Assembly: GCA_963801355.1 (NCBI GenBank)
Contig: CAWDEM010000008.1
Location: forward strand, 704,001-768,000
From: Ignavibacteriota bacterium
GTDB lineage: Bacteria; Bacteroidota; Ignavibacteria; UBA10030; UBA6906
Direction of reading: 5' to 3'
DNA length: 64,000 bases
The notes under the pieces are model-generated. The model saw only the letters and a program-made list of their open reading frames with translations, was not told the origin of the DNA and did no database searches. Positions 1-10,397 of the stretch are shown piece after piece; the stretch's first letter is position 1, and every line of letters starts with the position of its first letter. A program made the translations under genes and the position numbers.

Positions 1-1
1 G

Positions 2-2125
2 AGAAAACCGATACGGAAGAAGATACTTCTCCCAGCAGCTCTGCTCGTTGTGTTCGTCGGGGCGTTCTTCCTGGCGAAGCCGCTCCTGTTCGATGATATC
101 CTCATTTCAGAGCCCAAACCCATTGCGGTCATTGCGTTTGTCAATCAGACCGGGGACCAGTCTTACGACTACCTCCGCGAGGCCATACCGAACCTGCTCA
201 TCACAAGCCTCGAACAGTCGAAATTCCTAAGGGTGATGACGTGGGAGCGGATGAATGATGTCTTGAAGCAGATGGGAAAGACCGGAACTGGTCTCATAGA
301 CAAAGAACTGGGATTCGCACTCTGCGAACGTGAGGGGGTTCATGCGATCGTCATCGGTTCTTTTATCAAGGCAGGAGAGACCTTTGCCACCGACGTAAAG
401 GTGCTTGACGTCGGCACCAAGGAACTCATGAAAACGGCCAGTGCTCGTGGTGAGGGAGTGCAGAGCATACTCGATGTGCAGATCGACCAGCTCAGCAAGG
501 ACATCGCCCGGGGGGTCGGCCTGTCGCAGCGGAAGGTCGAGTTGGCGCCGTCGCAGATTGCCGAGGTGACGACATCCTCCATGGATGCCTACAACCTTTT
601 CCTGCGTGGAAGAGACGAACACGAGAAGCTCCACTATGTTGACGCCCGAAGACTCTTTGAGAAGGCCGTAGCCCTGGATTCGAATTTCGCTCTGGCGTAT
701 CACTACCTTTCCAGGGCTTGTGGCGCGCTGATCGATGTCCCTGGCAGTAGAATGGCCATTGAGAAGGCGAAAGCACTCTCCGCAAGAGCCCCGGAAAAAG
801 AACGCCTCGCCATCGAAGCCCGGTACGCCACGGTAATCGAGAGGAATCCCCTGCAGCGCCTGGCCCTTCTCGAGGAGATGGTAAGGAAATACCCACAGGA
901 AAAGCGATTCCACGACGAACTCGCTCAGACCTACCAGGCCAGGGGCATGGTTCACGAAGCTCAGATGCAATATGAATCGGCGATCCAGCTGGACCCGGAC
1001 TTTGCTTCCCCCACGAATGGCCTTGCGTACATTTACGCGGCACAGGGGCACTACGAAAAGGCGGTCGAAGCGTTACAGCGGTATGCGACGCTCTCGCCCG
1101 GGGACGCGAACCCATTCGATTCGATGGGCGAGATTTATCTCCAGATGGGAAACCTTGATGAATCCATCGCCAGGTACCGCGAGGCGTTGCGCGTGGAACC
1201 CTCTTTCTACGCTGCCTACAGAAGTCTGGCTTACGTCTATGCGCTGAAAGAAGAGTACACCGAGTGCCTCCTGCTGGTGGACAGCGTGATCAGCGCGGCA
1301 CCGACAACTGCTCTCAAGGCGGAGGCAATGCTGTGGAAAATTTCTTATCTCAATAGTGTGGGCGGATACCGGGAATCGTCGCGTGAAATTGACCGGGTGG
1401 CCGGATTGATTCCTCGATTGGGGGGCCGCACTCTAAGCGCCCCCTTGCACTTCGTAAATGGTGTGAACTCCCTGAAGCGCGGAGACGTAGGCAAAGCACG
1501 AAAGGAATTCGCGGCATTCCACAGCGTCTACAGTGAGAACAGTCCTCGCACTCCCGTCTGCAACATGGCCCTCTGGGATTTCTTTCAAGGCGTTGTCTTT
1601 CTTCATGAGGGGAACAACGACTCAGCCCGGGCGCACATTGGGGAGCTGCGATCACAGCTTAATTCTCTTGAGTCTCTTAAAGGTACGATCAGGATGATGG
1701 CCGGGATTCTCGAGGGAGAGCTGTTGCTCGCAGAGGGCAAGCCTGACAGCGCCATTCGCGTGTATCGCGAGACCCCTGTTGAAGGCCCCTCCATGGGTGT
1801 TGGCTGGCGGATGCCCCTCTACAATGTTCCGGCAATAAGAGACGTTGTGCCGCGTGCGTTCCAGATGAAAGGGCAACTCGACAGCGCTATTGTTGAATAC
1901 GAACGGCTGCTCCGGATTGACCGGAGCACCAAAGACAGGCGCCTGATCCAACCGCTCTATCATTATCGCCTGGCGCGGATCTGCGAGCAGAAGGGAAAAG
2001 TTGAGCAAGCCGTTGCGGAATACAGAAGATTCCTTGATCTGTGGAAGGACGCGGATAAAGGTCTGCCGGAAGTGACCGATGCGCAAAACAGACTCCGGGA
2101 TTTGATGCGCCGGAACCGCAGATAA
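2..2125 (+). CDS. Membrane-anchored TolB-like/TPR protein, 5'-truncated by the window; probably the C-terminal part of a Ser/Thr kinase-sensor
   Basis: Frame open from base 2 (RKPIRKKILLPAALLVVFVGAFF, a TM helix), then IAVIAFVNQTGD TolB-N-like domain and many TPRs. Same layout as the C-terminal part of 42175..44772. Confidence 0.8.
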   Translation, partial: RKPIRKKILLPAALLVVFVGAFFLAKPLLFDDILISEPKPIAVIAFVNQTGDQSYDYLREAIPNLLITSLEQSKFLRVMTWERMNDVLKQMGKTGTGLIDKELGFALCEREGVHAIVIGSFIKAGETFATDVKVLDVGTKELMKTASARGEGVQSILDVQIDQLSKDIARGVGLSQRKVELAPSQIAEVTTSSMDAYNLFLRGRDEHEKLHYVDARRLFEKAVALDSNFALAYHYLSRACGALIDVPGSRMAIEKAKALSARAPEKERLAIEARYATVIERNPLQRLALLEEMVRKYPQEKRFHDELAQTYQARGMVHEAQMQYESAIQLDPDFASPTNGLAYIYAAQGHYEKAVEALQRYATLSPGDANPFDSMGEIYLQMGNLDESIARYREALRVEPSFYAAYRSLAYVYALKEEYTECLLLVDSVISAAPTTALKAEAMLWKISYLNSVGGYRESSREIDRVAGLIPRLGGRTLSAPLHFVNGVNSLKRGDVGKARKEFAAFHSVYSENSPRTPVCNMALWDFFQGVVFLHEGNNDSARAHIGELRSQLNSLESLKGTIRMMAGILEGELLLAEGKPDSAIRVYRETPVEGPSMGVGWRMPLYNVPAIRDVVPRAFQMKGQLDSAIVEYERLLRIDRSTKDRRLIQPLYHYRLARICEQKGKVEQAVAEYRRFLDLWKDADKGLPEVTDAQNRLRDLMRRNRR

Positions 2126-2171
2126 AAAACACTTCAACTTCTCAAGTGACGCTACCTCGCGAATCAGGGTA

Positions 2172-4409
2172 ATGATCGGCTCCAGAGTCTCCCACTACGA
2201 AATACTTGATCACCTCGGCGGTGGCGGGATGGGCGTTGTGTACAGGGCCCGGGATCTCGCACTCGATCGCACCGTCGCTTTGAAATTCCTCCCTCCCGAA
2301 CTCACGCGCGACCGCGAAGCTAAGCAGCGGTTCATCCATGAAGCGAAGAGCGCTTCGGCGCTTGACCATCCGAACATCTGTACCATCCACGAGCTGGGAG
2401 AAACCGGGGAAGGACAGGTGTTCATTGCAATGGCCTGCTACGGGGGCCAGACCCTGCGGAAGAGGCTGGAGCGAGGTCCGCTCGAACTCGATCACGCGGT
2501 GGCTCTGGCCATGCAGATCGCCTCCGGGCTGTCAGCAGCCCACGAGGGTGGGATAATTCACCGGGACGTCAAGCCGGCGAATATCATCATTACGGACGAT
2601 GGCACGATCAAGATCATCGACTTCGGCCTGGCGAAGCTCCTGGGTCATGCTTCGCTGACGAAGGCTGGTTCAACGCTGGGCACTGCGGCATACATGTCTC
2701 CCGAACAGGCTCGCGGGGAAGAGGTCGACGCCCGTACGGACGTCTGGTCTCTGGGAGTCGTGATCTACGAGATGCTGGCAGGCAAGCTCCCCTTCTCCGC
2801 AGAACACGAGCAGGCAATCCTCTACAGGATCCTGAATGAAGATCCTGAACCGCTGACAGCATACCGCCAGGACATACCTGTAATGCTTGCGAGAGTGATT
2901 GAGCGAGCGATGCAGAAGGATACGGTCGCGCGGTACGCTTCAGCAGCCGAGCTGCTTCATGACCTCAACCTCTCCCGGAGCGGCGAAGGCACTCACCCTC
3001 CAGCTCCGGACACGTTTGCGTCGATCGCGGTTCTGCCGTTCGAAGACTTGAGCCCTGAACATGACCAGGAATTCTTCTGCGACGGCGTTGCTGAGGAACT
3101 CATCAATGCGCTGACGTGTGTAAGAGGTCTTCGTGTTATTGCACGAGCATCCTCGTTTTCGTTCAAGGGTCAGCGGAAGGATATACGGGAGATCGGAGGG
3201 AAACTTGGCGTCGGCGCTCTCCTCGCCGGGAGTGTCCGGAAGGCCGGCCGCCGCCTTCGGATCACGGCCCAGCTGACAACAGTCCAGGACGGCTCAAACC
3301 TCTGGTCGGAGAGGTATGACCGGGAGCTCGAAGACATTTTTGCCATTCAAGATGAGGTATGTATTTCGATTCTTGAACACCTCAAAGTGACGCTCATGCA
3401 CGGCGAGCGATCCAACCTGGCGAAACGCCGTGCGAGCGACCAAGAGGCATACAACCTGTACCTCAAGGGACGATTCTTGTTCAATCAGCGGAAGCACGAA
3501 AGCGTTGCGAAGAGTGTCGAGTACTACACTCAGGCTATCGCCAGGGATCCTGCCTTCGCCCTTGCCTACGCCGGACTGGCGGAGTCGTCCGAGGCCCTCG
3601 GAAGCTGGCGCGATATCCCTATGGAGAACGCATTCGACGAGGCTCGAAAGGCAAGCCAGGCCGCACTCCGGTTTGACGATACTCTGCCGGAAGCACACGT
3701 AGCGGCCGGCCTTGTCAATCTTTTCTGTAACTGGGACTGGGCAGCGGCCGAAAGTGAATTCCAACGCGCCCTTGCGTTGAACCCTGGCTGTGCCGAGGCA
3801 CATCATATGCGTGCCCATTACCTGGAACTGATCGGGAAGTTCGACTCGGCCCTTGTGGAAATCAATCAGGCCCTCTCATTAGAACCTGTTGTCCCGGGTC
3901 TCGGTTCGTGTGCCGCACAAATTCTCTTCCACGCCCGCCGGTACGATGAGTCAATCAGGCAATCGTATGCGACCCTGGAAATGGCTCCCGCGTTCTCCGG
4001 GCTTTATGGTTGGATAGGGCCCGCATTCGTGAAGAGCGGACGGCTTGACTCGGGACTGGCAGCACTCAAAGAAGGACTCCGGTTGCTCCCGGAGGATCCC
4101 CGGCTTCTTGCCTTGTATGGATACACCTGTGCTGTTTCACGGAATGTCCAAGAGGCGGAAACGTGCCTGTCCAAATTGAACGAACTCTCCGAAGTGAAGT
4201 ACGTGGATCCCTACTACAAAGCGTGGCTCGTGGAGGCGCTTGGAGACCGAACCGCCGCTTGCGACCTGTTGGACAGAGCTTACCGTGAGCATTCGGGCTG
4301 GTTGCCATGGATGGCAGTTGACCCGCTTCTTGAGGGCTTGCTTACCGACCCCCGGGTAATCATACTTCTGGAACGTCTCGGACTCAACTTTGCCCCATTT
4401 GACGTTTGA
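2172..4409 (+). CDS. Hanks-type Ser/Thr protein kinase with TolB-like and TPR domains (no TM)
   Basis: [30 protein letters not shown] motifs; SIAVLPFEDLS; TPR repeats. Confidence 0.93.
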   Translation: MIGSRVSHYEILDHLGGGGMGVVYRARDLALDRTVALKFLPPELTRDREAKQRFIHEAKSASALDHPNICTIHELGETGEGQVFIAMACYGGQTLRKRLERGPLELDHAVALAMQIASGLSAAHEGGIIHRDVKPANIIITDDGTIKIIDFGLAKLLGHASLTKAGSTLGTAAYMSPEQARGEEVDARTDVWSLGVVIYEMLAGKLPFSAEHEQAILYRILNEDPEPLTAYRQDIPVMLARVIERAMQKDTVARYASAAELLHDLNLSRSGEGTHPPAPDTFASIAVLPFEDLSPEHDQEFFCDGVAEELINALTCVRGLRVIARASSFSFKGQRKDIREIGGKLGVGALLAGSVRKAGRRLRITAQLTTVQDGSNLWSERYDRELEDIFAIQDEVCISILEHLKVTLMHGERSNLAKRRASDQEAYNLYLKGRFLFNQRKHESVAKSVEYYTQAIARDPAFALAYAGLAESSEALGSWRDIPMENAFDEARKASQAALRFDDTLPEAHVAAGLVNLFCNWDWAAAESEFQRALALNPGCAEAHHMRAHYLELIGKFDSALVEINQALSLEPVVPGLGSCAAQILFHARRYDESIRQSYATLEMAPAFSGLYGWIGPAFVKSGRLDSGLAALKEGLRLLPEDPRLLALYGYTCAVSRNVQEAETCLSKLNELSEVKYVDPYYKAWLVEALGDRTAACDLLDRAYREHSGWLPWMAVDPLLEGLLTDPRVIILLERLGLNFAPFDV

Positions 4410-4424
4410 TCCAGATGCGAACAA

Positions 4425-4916
4425 TCAGCGTCCGTCGTATGCCCGCTTCAATTCTCCCAGATCGAGCTTTTTCATTTGAAGCATCGCCTGCATCACCCTC
4501 TGTGACTTCTGAGGATCCTTGTCAGCCAGCATCTGAGTCATGGCGATCGGAACGATCTGCCATGAAAGCCCGTACTTATCTTTTAGCCAGCCGCATTGCT
4601 GAGCGTTCTTGTCGCCGCCTTCGGAGAGTTTCTTCCAGTAATGATCTACTTCTTCCTGGGACTCGCAATTGACCACAAAGGATACCGCTTCCGTGAATTT
4701 GAACACCGGCCCGCCGTTTAGTGCCGAGAACTTCTGGCCTTCCAGCTCGAAATCCACAACCATGACCGATCCGGCCGGCCTGCCGGAAGCCTTCGCACTC
4801 GCTTCATCATACCGGACAATTCTGCCGATCTTCGAATTCTTAAAGATCGAGGCGTAGTACCTCACAGCCTCTTCGGCCTGCGTGTTGAACCACAAGAATG
4901 GAGCGATCTTTTGCAT
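4425..4916 (-). CDS. VOC/PhnB-like (3-demethylubiquinone-9 methyltransferase family) protein
   Basis: MQKIAPFLWF, ALNGGP, CGWLKDKYGLSWQIVP; start placed at ATG 4916 after GGAG. Confidence 0.9.
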   Translation of the reverse strand: MQKIAPFLWFNTQAEEAVRYYASIFKNSKIGRIVRYDEASAKASGRPAGSVMVVDFELEGQKFSALNGGPVFKFTEAVSFVVNCESQEEVDHYWKKLSEGGDKNAQQCGWLKDKYGLSWQIVPIAMTQMLADKDPQKSQRVMQAMLQMKKLDLGELKRAYDGR

Positions 4917-5064
4917 GTTGCTCTCCACAATTACTTCTGCTGTGGATATGTGTAGTTCACCATCCACTGAATTCCAAATCTGTCTGTCAGCATGCCGTTC
5001 GTTGCACATGCCTTCTCTTGCTTGGGCGCGTCACGCCGGAAATAGGGGCAGGACGGTCCCCAGC

Positions 5065-5505
5065 TTATGGACTCTTGTGTTTTGCCACCTCCGCCGAGAC
5101 CAGGGAGCTCTCTGCGACTTCCTGGACGTCAGCAGGAAAATCCGATACTTCGAACACCTGTCTAACCTCGATCGCGTCGCCGTCATGTGCAGGACAGCGT
5201 CTGGCCCACTGGATCGCCTCTTCTTTTGAATTCACCTGTATCATCCAGTAGCCGCCGAGCACCTCGTTCGTTTCAGTCAAAGGTCCGTCAGTAACGGTTG
5301 TCTTCCCCCTAGAAAACGAGATCCGTGCACCCTTTCCGATAGGGTGCAGGCCATCAAGTGTAATCAACGCACCGGCCTTCGCAAGGTCCTCGTTGTATTT
5401 CATCATCTCTGCGACGTCTGCGGCGCTCGGAGCAAAGTCAACTGCCACATTCTTGCCTTCCGCATTCTGGTAGATGCGTGGGATCATCAGCATCATGAAT
5501 CGCAT
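5065..5505 (-). CDS. YciI/DGPF family protein
   Basis: DGPLTETNEVLGGYW (variant of DGPFAETKE), IEVRQV; GAGGAGG RBS. Confidence 0.88.
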   Translation of the reverse strand: MRFMMLMIPRIYQNAEGKNVAVDFAPSAADVAEMMKYNEDLAKAGALITLDGLHPIGKGARISFSRGKTTVTDGPLTETNEVLGGYWMIQVNSKEEAIQWARRCPAHDGDAIEVRQVFEVSDFPADVQEVAESSLVSAEVAKHKSP

Positions 5506-5651
5506 GGTTATGCCTCCTCTTTGATATGTGTAACAACGGTTTTCGGAAAAAAGCTCCCGCGCACCCCCTGGGCAGTTCCTTATTCAGAAGATCTTGAAAT
5601 TCAGTACATTGGAATAGAAGGAGTTTCAGATCCCTCGCAAAGACGGAGAAA

Positions 5652-6146
5652 ATGAGCGTGAGCACACCGAACTCGATGGACGATACCACGAAGTACCTCC
5701 GTACAGCCACTGCGGATGACCTGCCCACAATCATTCGACACCGTCGTCAGATGTATACCGACATGGGCTTCAGAGATGCGGCATCTCTCGATGCGATGGA
5801 GGCGACGTCAGCGCCATGGATCAAAGCCGGCCTGGAGAACGGTACGTACCGGGGCTGGCTCATTGAAACCCCCGACGGCGTAGTCGCAGGCGGAGGAGTG
5901 GTCGTACACGAATACCCCTCCTCACCACGAGATTCAGGCACACGCCGTGCATACATCCTCAACATGTACACCGAGCCGCAATATCGAAAGCGCGGACTGG
6001 CGAGGTTGATTCTGGAGGTTATGATCAATTGGTGCAGGGAACAGGGATTCGGCTGGGTGTCGTTGCACGCCAGCGACGAGGGGCGCCATCTCTACGAGAG
6101 CCTGGGTTTCGAACCGACAAACGAATTGCGTCTTATGCTGAAGTGA
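5652..6146 (+). CDS. GNAT N-acetyltransferase
   Basis: NMYTEPQYRKRGLA acetyl-CoA motif; LYESLGF. Confidence 0.9.
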   Translation: MSVSTPNSMDDTTKYLRTATADDLPTIIRHRRQMYTDMGFRDAASLDAMEATSAPWIKAGLENGTYRGWLIETPDGVVAGGGVVVHEYPSSPRDSGTRRAYILNMYTEPQYRKRGLARLILEVMINWCREQGFGWVSLHASDEGRHLYESLGFEPTNELRLMLK

Positions 6147-6173
6147 AGAAAAATTCTTCCCCTGTCCGGGATC

Positions 6174-7388
6174 CTACCTTTCAATCGCCCGCTGCAAGAC
6201 AATCGTGGTCACCTCCGCGGGAGCATGATAGCGGACCGGTGCAAGGGTGAGCCCTACACCATTGGTGACCACGATCGCCGTCGACCCCAGGTTGTAGGCC
6301 CCGCTGTAGAATTGCGTCTCACGCATGCTCGGTGTCAACGGAAAGCCGAGCGGGTGAAGGACAATCTGGCCGCCGTGTGTGTGGCCTGCGATGACGATGT
6401 TGTATCCCCTTTCCGCCGCGCGACTGATGATCCGCTCGGCCGGCTGATGGACCAGGAGGATCTTGGTGTCCGCATCCGGAGCGCTCTCCAGGATACGTTC
6501 GAGATTTGTTTCGTCCAGTCTCCGGCTGTAAATGTGCGTGAGTCCTGTTATCAGGACTCGCTTGCCCTTCCATTCCAGGATCCGGTGTTCGTTTTCCAAA
6601 AACACCCACCCGCATCTCATCTGAAAAGAGCGGATCGCCTCAGGAGAAGCCCAGAAATCGTGATCCCCCATCACCGCAATCGATGCCAGGGATCCCTTCA
6701 TCCCGCACATCGCCTCTTCTGCTTTGCGGAGGTAGTCGGTTCCTCCTGTGACAACGTCTCCGGAAGAAAGCAACAATACAGGGTTGTGTTCTCGGACGAT
6801 CCGGTGCACCTGAGCGATCTTGGAGTCACCGGTGTATCTGTCCACCTGGATGTCGCTCACTACCGAGATGCGGAAATCCTGGAATTCTCTTGGGAGGCCT
6901 TCCAGCTGCACACTCACCGTGTTGTCCCGTACGTGTGTTGTGTCGAGCAGAACACGAATCGGGACATACATAACCACGGCCGCCAGCAGTGCGAGTCGTG
7001 CATACGCAAGGACCACGCGCAACCGCTCAGGTCGCGCAGTGACACGCCGGGCAACAAAGCCCACGGCCTCAAGAAGAAGAAATGGAGCAATGAGCTCCAG
7101 GACAACGATCAAGCTGATCCACTGGGGATACAAAAACAGGTAATCGACTGTCGTTCCGGCATTCGTTAACTCCAACCGGTTTGCAGAGTGTCCAAGGAAA
7201 TACAAGGTCAGAACAAGAACAGGAAAGCAGTAGAGCCAGGCAATCAGAAGGAGTACGATCCTTCTGGCGGACCTCTTCGACTCGGGACGCAGGACTCCGA
7301 TCGCAGTGGCGGATCGGAGTCCAATATAGACATAGAGTGGCAACGCAATTGCGCTAATAGTCAGAACCGTCCGAATGGCCCATGGCAT
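6174..7388 (-). CDS. Membrane-anchored metallophosphoesterase (YkuE/YaeI-like)
   Basis: N-terminal TM helices; SDIQ, GDVV, GDHD, HQP, GHTHGGQ motifs. Confidence 0.88.
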   Translation of the reverse strand: MPWAIRTVLTISAIALPLYVYIGLRSATAIGVLRPESKRSARRIVLLLIAWLYCFPVLVLTLYFLGHSANRLELTNAGTTVDYLFLYPQWISLIVVLELIAPFLLLEAVGFVARRVTARPERLRVVLAYARLALLAAVVMYVPIRVLLDTTHVRDNTVSVQLEGLPREFQDFRISVVSDIQVDRYTGDSKIAQVHRIVREHNPVLLLSSGDVVTGGTDYLRKAEEAMCGMKGSLASIAVMGDHDFWASPEAIRSFQMRCGWVFLENEHRILEWKGKRVLITGLTHIYSRRLDETNLERILESAPDADTKILLVHQPAERIISRAAERGYNIVIAGHTHGGQIVLHPLGFPLTPSMRETQFYSGAYNLGSTAIVVTNGVGLTLAPVRYHAPAEVTTIVLQRAIER

Positions 7389-7648
7389 GGTGTGGAGTTA
7401 TCCCGATATGGTCAAAGTGTGATTCATTGGATGCGACGTCACGTTTCTCTGCCCCATTAATCTACTCCGAAAATCCAGGATCTGCAATCGTTGGGTCACG
7501 ATATCGAGTGGCCTGTACAATATCGACGAGCGAAGCGCCAGGCCACATAGATGGAACGGGAAGCTCTTTTCATGAGAACCTTCAGATACCAGCGCTGCTG
7601 GTTGTCGAGGACAGAACTGTCCCAATCCGGGGCGGCACAAGCGTTAGT

Positions 7649-7677
7649 TTGACTATGGTCGTTCCCTATCGTATTAT
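7649..7677 (+). promoter_or_regulatory. Sigma70-type promoter of the kinase at 7736
   Basis: TTGACT-17nt-TATTAT. Confidence 0.6.
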
Positions 7678-7735
7678 ACCATGGTACTGCTGTTCCTTGG
7701 TGCCGTAGGAATCGTACACGCCCGTGGAGATTCCC

Positions 7736-10360
7736 ATGATCGGCCAGACTGTCTCACACTACAAGATCCTCGAAAAACTCGGCGAAGGCGGCATGGGTGT
7801 CGTCTACAAAGCCGAAGACCTCAAACTCACTCGCACCGTCGCACTGAAGTTCCTCCCTTCTGGCCTGGATGCCCACGAACCCGAGCGGGCACGATTCCTT
7901 CAGGAGGCCCGGGCCGCTGCCATCCTGAACCATCCCAACATCTGCACCATTCATGACATCCAGGAGCATGATGGACAGCAGTTCATTGTCATGGAATATG
8001 TGGAGGGAAAGACACTCAGGAAGAAGATTGAGGATGGAAGATTGAAGATCGAGGATTGCATCAAGTACGCAATCCAGATTGCTGAAGCCCTTCAGGAAGC
8101 CCATTCCCACGGCATAGTACATCGCGACATCAAGGCCGAAAACATCATGGTCAATACGAAAAACCAGGTGAAGGTGATGGACTTCGGGTTGGCCAAGCTG
8201 AGGGGATCGTTGAAACTCACTAAGACCTCGAGCACCATCGGGACGCTGGCCTATATGGCGCCCGAGCAGATTGAAGATGGTGAGGTGGATGCCAGATCTG
8301 ACATCTTTTCGTTTGGCGTGGTGCTGTATGAAATGCTCGCGGGTCATCTTCCCTTCCGTGGGGAGCACGAGGCTGCAATGGTGTACTCGATCGTAAATGA
8401 GGAGCCGGAACCCCTGCAACGCTATGTGGCGGACGCGTCTTCAGAACTGCTGCACATACTCGACCGGGCTCTCGCGAAGGATCCCGAAGAGCGGTACCAG
8501 GCAGTCCACGAGATGCAGATAGATCTCCGGAGGCTGAAGAAGGATTCTACCAGAGTATTACGGCAGTCCCTTGGCGCTATACCAATCCCGGGGATAGGAG
8601 AATCAGTACAGACTTCGGAAGCCAAGAGTGGCTCGAGAAAACCATATTGGATAGCTGCGGCCGGTTTGGTAGCTCTTGTCGCAGCGGCCTCGTATGTTTT
8701 GCTCCGCCCGTCCCCGGTGCCGAATCTGAATCCTTCTATGTCAATCCATACGCTGGAGATCCCTTTCGCCCAGATTCAATTCCCAAGTCTGTCTCGAGAC
8801 GGCAACTGGGTTGCGTTCGCGGCATGCGATGTTCGCAATGAGTGGGCAGTGTATTTTATGAACATTGCGAAACGTGATCCGCGACGCCTCACGACAGGGA
8901 ATCTCAAGGATGTAGGATATGCCGAGATCTCTCCCGACGGGAGTGAAGTATTGTACGATTACTGGCCGGCCGGCAGGAATCCCGGTGTCTACGTAGTCTC
9001 ATCGCTTGGAGGCACGGAACGCAGGATTGCAGAGCCTGGAGATGCGGCAAGGTGGCGACAGGATGGCCTTCTCATCGGCTACATCCGCCTGGGAGTGATG
9101 TATCGACCAAGTGAATCGGGGAGACGGGAGTTCTGGACAGTGAGGCCCGACGGGAGGGAGAATCATCTGGCATTCATCGACAGCCTGAGTAATGTTTCGG
9201 GCAACTACTGCTTTGACTGGTCCAGAGACGGGAAGTCAATTGCATGGCTGAGAACATTCCCTGGCTACGAAGAGATCATCATTCGTGATCTGGAATCAGG
9301 GAAGGAACACCAACTGACCTCGTACAAGAAGCAAATCACGGAACTTGCCTGGGCACCAAACGACCAAATTCTTTTCACTTCAAGCAGGGGCGGTAACACG
9401 AACATCTGGACAATTCCGGCATCCGGAGGCGAAGCTATTCAGGTGACAAAGGGAAGCGGTCCGGACCTCAGCGTGCGGGCCTCCGGTGATGCAAAGCGCT
9501 TGTTGTTCCTCGAGCAGCGAACGATTGCCCATCTATGGACGGTGGACATCGATGGGCGCAATGCTAAAGAGATAACCTTCGACGACCAGAATCTCAGCTG
9601 CCCATGTTTTTCGCCTGACAAGAAACAGATTTGCTTCCACATCAGTTCTGCCGATCTGTTACGTCCGAGTAGACACGTGTTTACCATACAGAGCGATGGG
9701 TCGAACCGCTCTCAATTGACGACGGGGGAAGCTATGCACTATTTGCCTGCCTGGTCTCCCGACGGCAAGTACATCATCTTTGGCTCGCGTAGAACTAATG
9801 ATCCCGCGGACTCTTCGCGGCTCTACCTCGTCGAGGTGTCAAATCCGGCGACTCCAAAGCTTGTGGTGGAGGGTCTTGCCGCAACGTGGATCGACAAGGA
9901 GAGGTTTATTGCATCTTCAGGAATAGAAAGTATGCATGCGAATGTCTATTCCATCCATTCCTCCCGGCCAATCAAGGTCCTGGGAGATTCAGTGCTGGAA
10001 ATTCCCCTTCACGATGGCAAGAATGTTCTCACCTGGGATGGGAAGGCGGGTCGGGAGGGGTGGTGGTTGACCACGACGGACACAGGGCCGGGTGTGCAGA
10101 GAAAAAAGATTTTGTCTTCCGATTACCTCTTTTCGGCATGGCCGTCTTCGAGCCTACGATACCTACTCTATATGAAAGGCAATGGAGAGGCATGGCGAAT
10201 ATCTCTTACGGATTTGAAGCAGGAACGACTCCCCGGAATTCTGGACGGCCTGAATCCAGCTACGTCCACATTCCAACTAAGCTATGATGACGCGCGGCTT
10301 GTCTTTGCCAAGCGACGGTTCGATGCGAGGCTTGTGGTTATCGATAATCTGTTTGAATGA
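7736..10360 (+). CDS. Ser/Thr protein kinase with TM helix and PD40/TolB-type beta-propeller
   Basis: LGEGGMGVVY, HRDIKAEN, DFG, MAPE; TM YWIAAAGLVALVAAASYVLL; repeated SPDG/SRDG propeller motifs. Confidence 0.93.
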   Translation: MIGQTVSHYKILEKLGEGGMGVVYKAEDLKLTRTVALKFLPSGLDAHEPERARFLQEARAAAILNHPNICTIHDIQEHDGQQFIVMEYVEGKTLRKKIEDGRLKIEDCIKYAIQIAEALQEAHSHGIVHRDIKAENIMVNTKNQVKVMDFGLAKLRGSLKLTKTSSTIGTLAYMAPEQIEDGEVDARSDIFSFGVVLYEMLAGHLPFRGEHEAAMVYSIVNEEPEPLQRYVADASSELLHILDRALAKDPEERYQAVHEMQIDLRRLKKDSTRVLRQSLGAIPIPGIGESVQTSEAKSGSRKPYWIAAAGLVALVAAASYVLLRPSPVPNLNPSMSIHTLEIPFAQIQFPSLSRDGNWVAFAACDVRNEWAVYFMNIAKRDPRRLTTGNLKDVGYAEISPDGSEVLYDYWPAGRNPGVYVVSSLGGTERRIAEPGDAARWRQDGLLIGYIRLGVMYRPSESGRREFWTVRPDGRENHLAFIDSLSNVSGNYCFDWSRDGKSIAWLRTFPGYEEIIIRDLESGKEHQLTSYKKQITELAWAPNDQILFTSSRGGNTNIWTIPASGGEAIQVTKGSGPDLSVRASGDAKRLLFLEQRTIAHLWTVDIDGRNAKEITFDDQNLSCPCFSPDKKQICFHISSADLLRPSRHVFTIQSDGSNRSQLTTGEAMHYLPAWSPDGKYIIFGSRRTNDPADSSRLYLVEVSNPATPKLVVEGLAATWIDKERFIASSGIESMHANVYSIHSSRPIKVLGDSVLEIPLHDGKNVLTWDGKAGREGWWLTTTDTGPGVQRKKILSSDYLFSAWPSSSLRYLLYMKGNGEAWRISLTDLKQERLPGILDGLNPATSTFQLSYDDARLVFAKRRFDARLVVIDNLFE

Positions 10361-10397
10361 TTTCCGCAATCCTGCCGTTCACAACATCCGTCCTGAA

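Noticed and set aside
4425-5505. YciI plus VOC pair as a novel system
   Set aside because: Common pairing; no additional unusual component here.
6225-7169. 314-aa antisense ORF
   Set aside because: Shadow of the metallophosphoesterase; no motifs; expected in GC-rich coding DNA.
7398-7640. Short ORFs in the divergent intergenic region
   Set aside because: No RBS or recognisable motif.
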